From sequence record SRR31156797_3294: a stretch of DNA of 32,175 nt. One strand, written 5' to 3'. The notes under the pieces were generated by a model. It was not told where the DNA came from and made no database searches. It saw only the letters and a list, made by a program, of their open reading frames with translations. The translations under genes and the position numbers were made by a program. Of the stretch, positions 1-8,449 are shown in pieces. Position 1 is the first letter of the stretch; each line of letters starts with the position of its first letter.

Positions 1-142
1 CGAAATGGGCTTTGCCCGCGAAGTGGCCGACGAGGTTGTCTTCATGGATCAGGGTATGCTCATTGAAAAAGGCAGCCCTGAACATTTTTTCAGCAATCCG
101 GAATCAGACAGGACCAAGGCTTTTCTCAGCCAGATCCTTTAG
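1..142 (+). CDS. Polar amino-acid ABC transporter ATP-binding protein (GlnQ family), 3' end only
   Basis: The frame from nt 2 reads EMGFAREVADEVVFMDQGMLIEKGSPEHFFSNPESDRTKAFLSQIL*, the typical C-terminus of GlnQ/HisP-type ATPases. Stop TAG at 140-142; truncated by the window edge. Confidence 0.9.
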   Translation, partial: EMGFAREVADEVVFMDQGMLIEKGSPEHFFSNPESDRTKAFLSQIL

Positions 143-157
143 ATTTGATGCGCTATC

Positions 158-194
158 AAAAAAGGCCGTCCTGATTCAACAGGACGGCCTTTTT
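158..194. terminator. Bidirectional intrinsic terminator
   Basis: AAAAAAGGCCGTCCTG-attcaa-CAGGACGGCCTTTTT between convergent genes. Confidence 0.85.
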
Positions 195-215
195 ACTTGG
201 AAATATGTAAAAAAT

Positions 216-419
216 TTAATCTTCAGAATCACGCTTATCGCGAACATTCTTCATAGTTAATCCTGCAACGCAGCCCACAAGCATTCCAAGCATCAATGCC
301 CGCTGGATATCCATGAAAAACCATCCCGCAATGGCTCCTACTGACCCACCCACAAGAATTCCACGAGCCATGCATTCCAGCAGTCTCTCAAAATTCTTAT
401 CTTCCTTTAATTCACTCAC
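216..419 (-). CDS. Small membrane protein (67 aa, two glycine-rich TM helices)
   Basis: GTG start 1 nt after the PilZ gene stop; hydrophobic stretches GILVGGSVGAIAGWFF and ALMLGMLVGCVAGL. Confidence 0.7.
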   Translation of the reverse strand: MSELKEDKNFERLLECMARGILVGGSVGAIAGWFFMDIQRALMLGMLVGCVAGLTMKNVRDKRDSED

Positions 420-420
420 T

Positions 421-1107
421 TCACACCTTCTTAGCCTGAATTAATTCATCAATCTGGTCAGCCTGTTCCTCAGATAGGGACAAAAACCTCAGTCCAATAC
501 CGGGCATCTGCGATTTCACCCCCCAAGGCACATTCCACAAGACTTCCGACTTAATAGGAGTTTTGTCATCCAACTCCATAAACGCCACCCAAAGAGTATC
601 GCCCTTCTTCCACCTTGAAACAGAAAATAAAAAACAGCCTTCTCCTGAAAAGTTTAAGGCTACACTCTTTTCCAATTGGCTTGTTGAAGAATTGATATCC
701 CTATTCACCAAGACATTTAAAACCCGGTTGGCTCTTTTGGTGCCACGTAACGACCGTGCTGTAAAGTTCTGACAGCTCTCCCTAAAAAACTCATCTAAGG
801 TATTTCCATGTCCGGAGAACTTACCTGTCGGTATGCAGCGAATTCCCTCAGCAGCTTTATAACTAAGCCTCATAACAGGGAAATTATCACTCAAAAGGTT
901 TGCCTCAGCTTTATCCGATGCAGTAGAACGAAGCAAGGTCGGAATATCAATCAAGAACCCGTTATATTTAACCTTATTGTGCTTGAGAGATATCTCATGA
1001 AGGGACTCAGCAACGTCGCAATCCAGATCAAAACTTTTCAAAGCCTGAATATATACCCCCCGGTTATCTCCGGGAGCTGCAACGAGCAAAATTCTCATTC
1101 TGTCCAC
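421..1107 (-). CDS. PilZ domain protein with N-terminal receiver-like domain
   Basis: C-terminal RxxxR (RGTKR), NxSxxG (NFSGEG) and GIGLRF motifs of PilZ; the N-terminus MRILLV...FLID resembles a degenerate REC fold. GTG at 1107, alternative ATG at 1098. Confidence 0.8.
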   Translation of the reverse strand: MDRMRILLVAAPGDNRGVYIQALKSFDLDCDVAESLHEISLKHNKVKYNGFLIDIPTLLRSTASDKAEANLLSDNFPVMRLSYKAAEGIRCIPTGKFSGHGNTLDEFFRESCQNFTARSLRGTKRANRVLNVLVNRDINSSTSQLEKSVALNFSGEGCFLFSVSRWKKGDTLWVAFMELDDKTPIKSEVLWNVPWGVKSQMPGIGLRFLSLSEEQADQIDELIQAKKV

Positions 1108-1311
1108 CCTTAATTACCCTCCATAAAATAAAATCCTCTTGGCTAACAGCCATTAACAATATATACTCACAAAATCAAAAAATACACAGTTATAACGGCT
1201 TTCAAACACTAATATAACTTAAGCTTTTACTTCAAACAACCAAGATCCCAAATTATTAAACATCAAATTTGCTATTCAAAATTATACCCAACTCTAAATC
1301 GGATACTGTCC

Positions 1312-2430
1312 ATGAATAAAACCCCTAAAATACTGACCATAGATGACGACGAGAGCGTACGCCTTTCCATTGCACACTACCTTGAAGACAGCGGATACGA
1401 AGTATTGCAGGCCAGCAATGGGCACGAAGGATTAAGAATATTCCACGAACAAGAACCAGACGTAGTGCTTCTTGACCTGCGAATGCCGGAAATGGATGGA
1501 CTTTCCGTTCTTGAACAACTGGGCCAGGAAGCACCCCAAACCCCTGTGATAGTGGTCTCCGGAACCGGATCGTTTGAAGATGTCATTGCCACGGTAAGAC
1601 TTGGGTCATGGGACTATATACCAAAACCCATCACAGACCTTACAGATCTGGAAAATGCGATCATGAGAACCAGAGCTAGAGCAAGGCTTCTCGTTGAAAA
1701 TGAGCGTTACAAGGAAGAACTTGAACGCAAAATACGAGAAAGAACCGAAGAACTACAATTAATGAACAAAGTCCTTTCAGAAGAAATTACAGCCCGTAAA
1801 AAATCAGAAGGTATGGTCCGAGCCTCCCTTGCGGAAAAAGAAGTAATGCTCAAAGAAATCCATCATCGGGTCAAGAACAACCTGCAAGTAATTTCAAGTC
1901 TGCTCAGCCTGCAGAGCGGCTATACAGATGATGACGAAGCAAGTAATCTGCTGCGAGAATGTCAGCATAGAGTCCGTTCCATGTCCATGTTGCATGAAAA
2001 ACTATACCGCTCAGAGGACCTTTCCCGAATAGATATGAACGAATACGCTCTTACCCTGATCAATTTCCTGCTTCGCTCCTACTCTGTTGATGGCAAAGTA
2101 AGCCCCACCTATAATATCACTGATATCCATATGGGCATCGACTCTGCCATACCCTGCGGACTGATCATCAATGAATTGGTTTCCAACGCTTTAACCCATG
2201 CCTATGAGATGAATTCCGGCGGAGAACTAAAAGTCTCCATGCACAGGGATGACAAACAAATCAAATTGGAAGTTTCCGACAACGGAATCGGCTTACCGGA
2301 TGATTTTTCTATCAGCGGCTCAAGAACCCTAGGTATGACCCTTGTGGAAACACTAGCGCAACAGCTGAATGGAGAAGTTCATTTTTTCAATGATAATGGA
2401 GCAACCTTTCAAATCAGTTTTCCGGGATAA
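1312..2430 (+). CDS. Hybrid response regulator / HisKA_2-type histidine kinase
   Basis: REC domain (IDDD...VLLDLRMP...YIPKP), a coiled coil, the HisKA_2 H-box LKEIHHRVKNNLQ and HATPase boxes (NELVSNA, DNGIG, TLGMTLV). Confidence 0.92.
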   Translation: MNKTPKILTIDDDESVRLSIAHYLEDSGYEVLQASNGHEGLRIFHEQEPDVVLLDLRMPEMDGLSVLEQLGQEAPQTPVIVVSGTGSFEDVIATVRLGSWDYIPKPITDLTDLENAIMRTRARARLLVENERYKEELERKIRERTEELQLMNKVLSEEITARKKSEGMVRASLAEKEVMLKEIHHRVKNNLQVISSLLSLQSGYTDDDEASNLLRECQHRVRSMSMLHEKLYRSEDLSRIDMNEYALTLINFLLRSYSVDGKVSPTYNITDIHMGIDSAIPCGLIINELVSNALTHAYEMNSGGELKVSMHRDDKQIKLEVSDNGIGLPDDFSISGSRTLGMTLVETLAQQLNGEVHFFNDNGATFQISFPG

Positions 2431-2514
2431 ACTCAGACTTGATTGAAATCAAAAGGCGGTGTAGCTTGCTACCCGTGATCCTTGCAATAGAACCACAGAA
2501 GAAGGAAAAAAAGA

Positions 2515-2868
2515 ATGGAACTCAGCTTTAAACAGATAGATGAAATCACCGTTGTAAAAATTGAATCGCAGGAACTGAACCACGTTGTAAGTCATGATTT
2601 TCAGCGCCAGATCCAGCCGATTTTCGAAGAAAAGCAATTCAATATCGCCCTTGATATGAATAGTGTTGACTTTATGGATAGCATGGGAATCGGTACCCTG
2701 ATCACACTGCGCAACAAGCTGATGAAAGAAAAAGGCAACATCGCCATGTTCAACATCAGTGACCGGGTTAAAAAAATTATCGACATAGCCGCCCTGCACA
2801 AAGTTTTTGACCTTTTCGAAACAGAAGAAGATGCTGTGAACGGCCTGAAAGATAAAATGCTGGCCTAA
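2515..2868 (+). CDS. STAS domain protein / anti-sigma factor antagonist (RsbV/SpoIIAA-like)
   Basis: 117 aa with motif LDMNSVDFMDSMGIGTL containing the phosphorylatable Ser; SD AAGGA upstream. Confidence 0.9.
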   Translation: MELSFKQIDEITVVKIESQELNHVVSHDFQRQIQPIFEEKQFNIALDMNSVDFMDSMGIGTLITLRNKLMKEKGNIAMFNISDRVKKIIDIAALHKVFDLFETEEDAVNGLKDKMLA

Positions 2869-2885
2869 CTGAAATTGATATAAAG

Positions 2886-2924
2886 AACCGGGCAGGCTGA
2901 AAAGTCTGCCCGGTTTTATTTTTT
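2886..2924 (+). terminator. Intrinsic terminator
   Basis: AACCGGGCAGGCT-gaaa-AGTCTGCCCGGTT followed by a T-rich tail after the STAS gene. Confidence 0.85.
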
Positions 2925-2946
2925 CCCACCTCCACCCACCGCCAAT

Positions 2947-3930
2947 ATGTCTCTCAAAGAAAATATAATTAGCCCTACTCTCGCTACAGTTAAAGATGCT
3001 GCCCGCATCAGCCTCGACCTGTTCAAAATCATGATCCCGGTAGTCATTGCCGTTAAAATACTTCAGGAATTCAATTTAGTAGGTTATCTTGCCGCTCCTC
3101 TGGCACCGATTATGAAACTGGTAGGATTACCCGGTGAAATGGGCCTTGTTTGGGCTACAGCACTGATTAACAACATATATAGCGGACTGATTGTTTTCTT
3201 AAGTCTGGCTCAGGACCAACCTCTCACAGCAGCACAAGCAACTGTACTCGGCACAATGATCCTTGTAGCCCATTCAATGCCTGTGGAATTACGAGTTGTC
3301 CAAAGCTCAGGTCCAAAGCTGGGATTCCAGCTACTGATCAGAATGGGGGCAGCCTTCCTGATGGGCTTGGTACTTAACTTGATTTACCAAAATTTCGACC
3401 TCCTGCAGGGTCCGGCAAACATCCTACTGACTCCGGACAATTCCGCAGTCGAAAAAACGATTCTGGAATGGGCCTTAGGTGAAGTACGTAATCTGATTTC
3501 CATTTTCGGTATCATTTTCTGCCTGCTGGCAATCATGCGTATTCTGACCAAGATACGGGTAATTGCAGCTATGGACTTCTTGCTGCGCCCTTTCCTGACT
3601 ATGATGGGAATCGGCACCAAGGCTTCTGCCCTGACCGTGGTCGGCCTGACCATGGGACTTTCTTACGGCGGCGGCATGATCATTCATGAGACAAAATCAG
3701 GACGCATTGATAAAAGAGACGTCTTTTATTCCCTGACCCTGATGAGCATTTGCCACAGCCTGATTGAAGACACCCTGCTGCTTATGATGATCGGCGGACA
3801 CGTATCCGGCCTGTTCTGGGGACGGTTAATCATGTCCTGCCTGATTGTGGCGGCACTGGTCCAGATAACAAAGTTTATCCCGGACAGTTTTGCCGACAAA
3901 TATTTATGGGGACTCCCCAAACAATCTTAA
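2947..3930 (+). CDS. Nucleoside-recognition (Gate) domain membrane protein
   Basis: Polytopic 327-aa protein with two related halves (LAPIMKLVGLPGE...AHSMPVE and LRPFLTMMGIG...GLSYGGG...CHSLIEDT). Confidence 0.75.
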   Translation: MSLKENIISPTLATVKDAARISLDLFKIMIPVVIAVKILQEFNLVGYLAAPLAPIMKLVGLPGEMGLVWATALINNIYSGLIVFLSLAQDQPLTAAQATVLGTMILVAHSMPVELRVVQSSGPKLGFQLLIRMGAAFLMGLVLNLIYQNFDLLQGPANILLTPDNSAVEKTILEWALGEVRNLISIFGIIFCLLAIMRILTKIRVIAAMDFLLRPFLTMMGIGTKASALTVVGLTMGLSYGGGMIIHETKSGRIDKRDVFYSLTLMSICHSLIEDTLLLMMIGGHVSGLFWGRLIMSCLIVAALVQITKFIPDSFADKYLWGLPKQS

Positions 3931-3946
3931 AACGAAAGGAATGGTT

Positions 3947-4327
3947 ATGATAGTTACTACCGTAAATACCGAAAATGCTCCCGCAGCAATCGGACCATAC
4001 TCGCAAGCCACCATCTACAACACACAAGCTTTTATCAGTGGGCAGCTCGGACTTGTCCCGGATACTGGAGAATTTATCTCTGATGACGTTCAGGACCAGA
4101 CAAGGCAGGCCCTTGAAAATCTCAAATCCATTCTCGAAGCCTGCGGAAGCGCCATGACCAAAGTAATCAGCGTGGACGTTTTCCTGACCGATATGAGCGA
4201 CTTCGCCAAAATCAACGAAGTATACTCCGAATTCTTCGCCAACCACAAACCAGCCCGTGCCGCCATCGAAGTAAGCGGACTGCCCAAAGGCGGACTTGTG
4301 GAAATTAAGTGTATCGCTGCTATTTAA
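3947..4327 (+). CDS. ridA: RidA (YjgF/YER057c/UK114) enamine/imine deaminase
   Basis: APAAIGPYSQA, FISGQLG, KPARAAIEVSGLPKGGLVEI. Start placed at ATG 3947 behind the AAGGA SD (alternative ATG 3941). Confidence 0.9.
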   Translation: MIVTTVNTENAPAAIGPYSQATIYNTQAFISGQLGLVPDTGEFISDDVQDQTRQALENLKSILEACGSAMTKVISVDVFLTDMSDFAKINEVYSEFFANHKPARAAIEVSGLPKGGLVEIKCIAAI

Positions 4328-4445
4328 GCCTCCGGTGGCCCTCCGGGATCCAGCGCTGCTCTATATATCCGTAAGACTCGAGCAAAAAGCTCTCGCCTAA
4401 CGACTATAGGTAAGAAAACTTTTTAATAGGGCTTAGCCACTCCGT
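4328..4445 (+). repeat. GCCTCCGG-capped palindromic intergenic repeat, copy A
   Basis: Starts directly after the ridA stop with GCCTCCGGTGGCC (12/13 identical to copy B) and ends with AAAACTTTTTAATAGGGCTTAGCCACTCCGT (25/31 identical to copy B); internal imperfect hairpin. Confidence 0.7.
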
Positions 4446-4469
4446 AAGGCACTTTTTGTGTTTAATTTT

Positions 4470-4494
4470 AAAAGGGACCTCGCGGTCCCTTTTT
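4470..4494 (+). terminator. Intrinsic terminator downstream of ridA
   Basis: AAAAGGGACC-tcgc-GGTCCCTTTTT. Confidence 0.85.
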
Positions 4495-4651
4495 GTAACT
4501 ACATTTTGTATTTCAACTTCGACAAATTTACTTACACAGCTGCCAATTATCCGTCCATTTTCTGACAACTCTGCGCTCTGCTAAATTAATTTATCCATCA
4601 TACAAATAAAAAGCCTCACGAATCGGAGGAGTTGCTCACTTCGCTCAAAAA

Positions 4652-4668
4652 CTGGCACACAACCTGCT
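4652..4668 (+). promoter_or_regulatory. Sigma54 (-24/-12) promoter
   Basis: CTGGCACACAACCTGCT: TGGCAC plus exact GG-N10-GC spacing, in an intergenic region with an AT-rich upstream stretch. Confidence 0.7.
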
Positions 4669-4678
4669 TATAAATAAT

Positions 4679-4878
4679 CAAGGCGGACAAAAAGAACTGA
4701 CTAAACAACATTTCAGGCAACAGCCATTAAAAATAAGAGTCGTTCTTCACCCCATCTTTGAAAAAAGGTTCTGGACTGATAGGCGAGTGCAGGAAACGGT
4801 AGAAACGAACAGCTTAGAAAAGAATTATACACACAAGCGATTCTGCCTCCCTCCCGCGATTGATCCGGACTTTTTTTT
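4679..4878 (+). ncRNA. Candidate sigma54-dependent small RNA
   Basis: Lies directly downstream of the sigma54 motif and contains no ATG. 5' AGGCGGA can pair with 3' TCTGCCT; there is a GAAA-tetraloop hairpin; it ends in a weak hairpin plus T8. Confidence 0.4.
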
Positions 4879-4944
4879 ATGCCTTTTTTTTAATCCCGAT
4901 TCAGGGATTGCCCTAAGCACCTTCTCCTGATATCGATTCCAGCC

Positions 4945-5430
4945 ATGACACAGGAAAAATTTACTAATCCTTTCAGCATTGTTCTCTTTGAGCCTGAAAT
5001 TCCACCCAATACCGGAAACATTGCAAGACTCTGTGCCGGAACCGACACCCAGCTACATCTCATCGAACCGCTGGGTTTTTCCATTTCCGACAAACACCTC
5101 AAACGTGCGGGGCTAGACTACTGGCCTAAGGTAAAACTCTCGGTGTGGAAAAACTGGCAGGAGTACAAAGAGAATGCAAAACCCCAAAGACTGGTCACCA
5201 CCAGCGCCAAACGGGGCACCCATCTTTTCGAATTTAAGTTTCTGCCCGGGGATCATCTTGTGCTCGGCCCGGAAACACGTGGTTTGCCGGAATGGATGTT
5301 TGATGAATTCGAACACGCGGTAAATATTCCCACCACAGACAATGTACGCAGCCTCAACCTTTCCACATCTGCAGGGATCATTCTTTATCAAGCTTTATCC
5401 TGTCTGGATGCAGAGGTCTCCTTTAAATAA
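4945..5430 (+). CDS. trmL: tRNA (cytidine/uridine-34 2'-O)-methyltransferase, SpoU family
   Basis: IVLFEPEIPPNTGNIARLCA, LKRAGLDYW, LGPETRGLP, VRSLNLS. Confidence 0.95.
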   Translation: MTQEKFTNPFSIVLFEPEIPPNTGNIARLCAGTDTQLHLIEPLGFSISDKHLKRAGLDYWPKVKLSVWKNWQEYKENAKPQRLVTTSAKRGTHLFEFKFLPGDHLVLGPETRGLPEWMFDEFEHAVNIPTTDNVRSLNLSTSAGIILYQALSCLDAEVSFK

Positions 5431-5468
5431 CGACCGTCACTGCACATCAATTTGCACACTGCACTTTC

Positions 5469-5497
5469 TTGCATAACACTGCGGCAACAGGTATGTT
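5469..5497 (+). promoter_or_regulatory. Putative sigma70 promoter of rfbBD
   Basis: TTGCAT-17 nt-TATGTT, ending 33 nt upstream of the rfbB ATG. Confidence 0.45.
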
Positions 5498-5530
5498 CGC
5501 CCTTGAATTTTAATCATCAGCGGAGAATTT

Positions 5531-6553
5531 ATGCGACTTCTTATTACCGGCGGATGCGGTTTTATCGGAACCAACTTCATTTACCTGATGAAAGAACGCC
5601 ATCCTGACTGGAAACTGTTCAACCTTGATAAGCTGACCTACGCCGGAAACCGCAAGAACCTGCTTGAGCTGGAACAGGACGAAAACTCCGGCTACACCTT
5701 CCTTCATGGTGACATCTGCGATAAGGAATTCGTCACTTCCATCCTGCATGATTATAAAATTGATGCAGTGGTCAACTTTGCGGCTGAATCGCATGTTGAC
5801 CGATCCATCAACGATCCCGCACCTTTTTTGACTACCAACACTCTCGGCGCCCAGAACATGATGGAATGCGCGCGCAATGCCGGAATCGAGAAATTCGTCC
5901 ATGTCTCAACTGACGAAGTATACGGCACCCTAGGCCCTAATGATCCGGCCTTCAGCGAAGAGAATCCCCTTGAGCCTAACAGCCCCTACTCCGCCTCCAA
6001 AGCCGGAGCAGACCTCATGGCCCGGGCCTACTTCGAAACATATAAATTTCCCGTTTCCATCACCCGCTGTTCCAACAACTACGGTCCCTACCAGTTCCCG
6101 GAAAAACTTATCCCGCTTATGTTTATCAAGGCATCTGCGGGTGAAAGCCTGCCCATCTACGGAGACGGCTCCAACATAAGGGACTGGATTTACGTTGACG
6201 ACCACTGCACAGGTGTAGAACTGACCCTGCTCAAAGGACAGCCCGGTAAAGCTTATAACTTCGGCGGGGCCGCCGAGAAGACTAACCTTGAGCTGGTCAA
6301 AGAACTTCTGGCAATTCTTGGAAAAGATGAGTCACTCATAACCTATGTCAAAGACAGACCCGGACACGACATGCGATATGCCATGGACTATTCACTGGCA
6401 GAAAAAGAACTTGGCTTCGCTCCGGCAGTGACTTTTGACGAAGGAATCCGCAAAACCATCGAATGGTACCAGACCAACGGTCAATGGCTCGAAGATGTAC
6501 GCAGCGGAGCATACCGCGAATTCATGGACCAATGGTACGGAGAACGAAAATGA
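5531..6553 (+). CDS. rfbB: dTDP-glucose 4,6-dehydratase (RmlB)
   Basis: ITGGCGFIG, DKLTYAGN, FAAESHVDRSI, VSTDEVYG, PYSASKA, NNYGPYQFPEKLIP, DRPGHDMRYA. Confidence 0.97.
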   Translation: MRLLITGGCGFIGTNFIYLMKERHPDWKLFNLDKLTYAGNRKNLLELEQDENSGYTFLHGDICDKEFVTSILHDYKIDAVVNFAAESHVDRSINDPAPFLTTNTLGAQNMMECARNAGIEKFVHVSTDEVYGTLGPNDPAFSEENPLEPNSPYSASKAGADLMARAYFETYKFPVSITRCSNNYGPYQFPEKLIPLMFIKASAGESLPIYGDGSNIRDWIYVDDHCTGVELTLLKGQPGKAYNFGGAAEKTNLELVKELLAILGKDESLITYVKDRPGHDMRYAMDYSLAEKELGFAPAVTFDEGIRKTIEWYQTNGQWLEDVRSGAYREFMDQWYGERK

Positions 6554-7434
6554 TTGATTTAGCAGGCAAAAAGGCCATAATCCTCGGCGGACGCACCGGA
6601 CTTCTCGGACAGAGTCTCAGTGAGAAACTGCAGGAACAGGAAATCATCACCATTCCCCTGTCCCGCTCCGACTTTGATCCCTTGAACGAGGAATCCCTGA
6701 CCGCGCTGCTGGAAAGGGAAGAACCGGACTTCATCTTCAACACCGTGGCCTACACTATGGTCGACCTTGCTGAAGACGAGGAAAACAAAGCCCACCTGCT
6801 GAACACCACCCTGCCCGCCACTCTGGGCAGACTCTGCAAGCAATTCAATATCAAGCTGATTCATTACAGCACGGATTTCGTCTTTGACGGTAAAAAGGAT
6901 TCCCCCTACTCAGAAGAGGACCGGACAAACCCTCAATCCGTTTACGGCGAAACCAAACTGGCCGGAGAAGAACGGCTTGGTGAGCTTGATTATGATGAGA
7001 TCCTGATTATCCGCACGGCTTGGCTGTTCGGACCCCACAAGACCAACTTTGTGCACAAGATCCTGAACTTCGCCAAAGAACGTGAAAGCCTGACCGTTGT
7101 CCATGATCAGGCCGGGTCCCCGACCTACACACCGGACCTTGCGGATTACTCTATTGAACTGCTTAAAAATGAAGCCAAGGGAATTTTCAATGTAGTCAAC
7201 TCCGGCAAGGCAAGCTGGTGCGAACTAGCCACTGAGGCCATCAACAGCTGTGCCATCAATTGCCGGGTCGACCCTGTCCCCACCTCCGCCTACCCCACCA
7301 AGGCCACCAGACCGCCCTACTCAGTCCTGGACACTTCCAAATTCACCGAGGTGACCGGGAAAACTCCGCGCCCGTGGGTACAAGCACTCAGGGACTATGT
7401 TTACAACGACCTGAAAGACCATCAGGAAGATTAA
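6550..7434 (+). CDS. rfbD: dTDP-4-dehydrorhamnose reductase (RmlD)
   Basis: GGRTGLLG, AYTMVDLAE, HYSTDFVFDG, YGETKLAGE, DQAGSPTY, RPPYSVLD; ATGA overlap with the rfbB stop. Confidence 0.95.
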   Translation: MIDLAGKKAIILGGRTGLLGQSLSEKLQEQEIITIPLSRSDFDPLNEESLTALLEREEPDFIFNTVAYTMVDLAEDEENKAHLLNTTLPATLGRLCKQFNIKLIHYSTDFVFDGKKDSPYSEEDRTNPQSVYGETKLAGEERLGELDYDEILIIRTAWLFGPHKTNFVHKILNFAKERESLTVVHDQAGSPTYTPDLADYSIELLKNEAKGIFNVVNSGKASWCELATEAINSCAINCRVDPVPTSAYPTKATRPPYSVLDTSKFTEVTGKTPRPWVQALRDYVYNDLKDHQED

Positions 7435-7453
7435 TCTTCCCGGCAAAGGAAAA

Positions 7454-8425
7454 ATGAAAAAAATATCCCCTGAACTGCTGCGGGATTCCATTCAGTGCGC
7501 CATGACTCTGTTCTGCATCTGGGTGGGATACCGCTTTTATCTTTTCTACCAATGGATGATCGGCAATTCCGACATTGCCGTAACCAAGCCCGGTGCTGTT
7601 GAAGGCTTCCTGCCCATCAGCGCCCTGCTTTCCCTGAAACAGCTCTTCACTAAAGGCATTTTCGATGAAGTCCATCCCGCAGGGCTGACCATCTTCATTG
7701 CGGTTCTGGTCATGAGCTTGATCGTTCGCAAAGGGTTCTGCGGTTATCTCTGTCCGGTTGGATTCATCCACAATCTGCTCAACAAAATTGGCCGCAAAAT
7801 AGGCAAGACCTTCACAGTCAAAGGCAAGATTGAATTTGGAATGCTGATCCCCAAATACATTGCCTTGGCCTTTTTTGTAATAGCTGTATTCAAAATGGGC
7901 GGGCGCGAACTGGATGCCTTTATCCATTCCCCGTACAATTTCACAGCTGAAGCAAAAATGATGCTCTTCTTCACTGATATGAGCATAACCGCAGCTTTGA
8001 TCATCGGGGTAATTTTGGTGCTAGGCATATTCATTCCTTACTTCTGGTGCCGTTTCCTCTGTCCCTACGGGGCATTGCTGGGAATATTCGCCAAAGTATC
8101 CCCCATAGCCATCAAGCGGGATGAGGAGAAATGCATCAGCTGCGGCAAATGCAACAAAGCCTGTCCCGGGGGAATCGAAGTAGACCTGAAGCAGACTATT
8201 AATTCAGCAGAATGCGTTGGCTGTACTCAGTGCATCAACACATGTCCGGTGGACGATTGTTTGAACGTCACCGACCGCTTAAGCAGGGTCAAACTGCCGT
8301 GGTATATAATTGCTGCCGGATCCTTGGTGATACTGCTGGTCTACTACGCAGCAGCCAAGTTCACCAACCATTGGGATTCACCTTATCCGCTGGAAATGTT
8401 GCGCAAATATTATATGATGATGTAG
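7454..8425 (+). CDS. Membrane-bound 4Fe-4S binding protein (NapH/MauN-like)
   Basis: TM helices with FCGYLCPVG and WCRFLCPYG motifs plus CxxCxxCxxxCP twice. Confidence 0.88.
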   Translation: MKKISPELLRDSIQCAMTLFCIWVGYRFYLFYQWMIGNSDIAVTKPGAVEGFLPISALLSLKQLFTKGIFDEVHPAGLTIFIAVLVMSLIVRKGFCGYLCPVGFIHNLLNKIGRKIGKTFTVKGKIEFGMLIPKYIALAFFVIAVFKMGGRELDAFIHSPYNFTAEAKMMLFFTDMSITAALIIGVILVLGIFIPYFWCRFLCPYGALLGIFAKVSPIAIKRDEEKCISCGKCNKACPGGIEVDLKQTINSAECVGCTQCINTCPVDDCLNVTDRLSRVKLPWYIIAAGSLVILLVYYAAAKFTNHWDSPYPLEMLRKYYMMM

Positions 8426-8449
8426 CGGCACAACAGTAAATCGAACTAC

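Noticed and set aside
12..260. 82-aa plus-strand ORF in the track
   Set aside because: Wrong frame; the real gene is the ABC ATPase tail ending at 142, and this ORF crosses a terminator.
4625..4673. GGAGGA followed by a TTG-initiated 13-codon ORF (MLTSLKNWHTTCL)
   Set aside because: SD-to-start spacing is only 1 nt, and the ORF overlaps the sigma54 motif, which explains the sequence better.
4740..4810. Resemblance of the candidate sRNA core to a hammerhead ribozyme (CTGATAG...GAAAC) or a glutamine riboswitch (CGTTC...GAAACG)
   Set aside because: The hammerhead core needs CUGANGA with proper flanking stems, and the glnA-motif GGAAGUA core is absent; the matches are partial only.
6463..6549. 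N-terminal extension of rfbD in the ORF track
   Set aside because: Overlaps rfbB; ATG 6550 forms a standard ATGA coupling just before the Rossmann motif.
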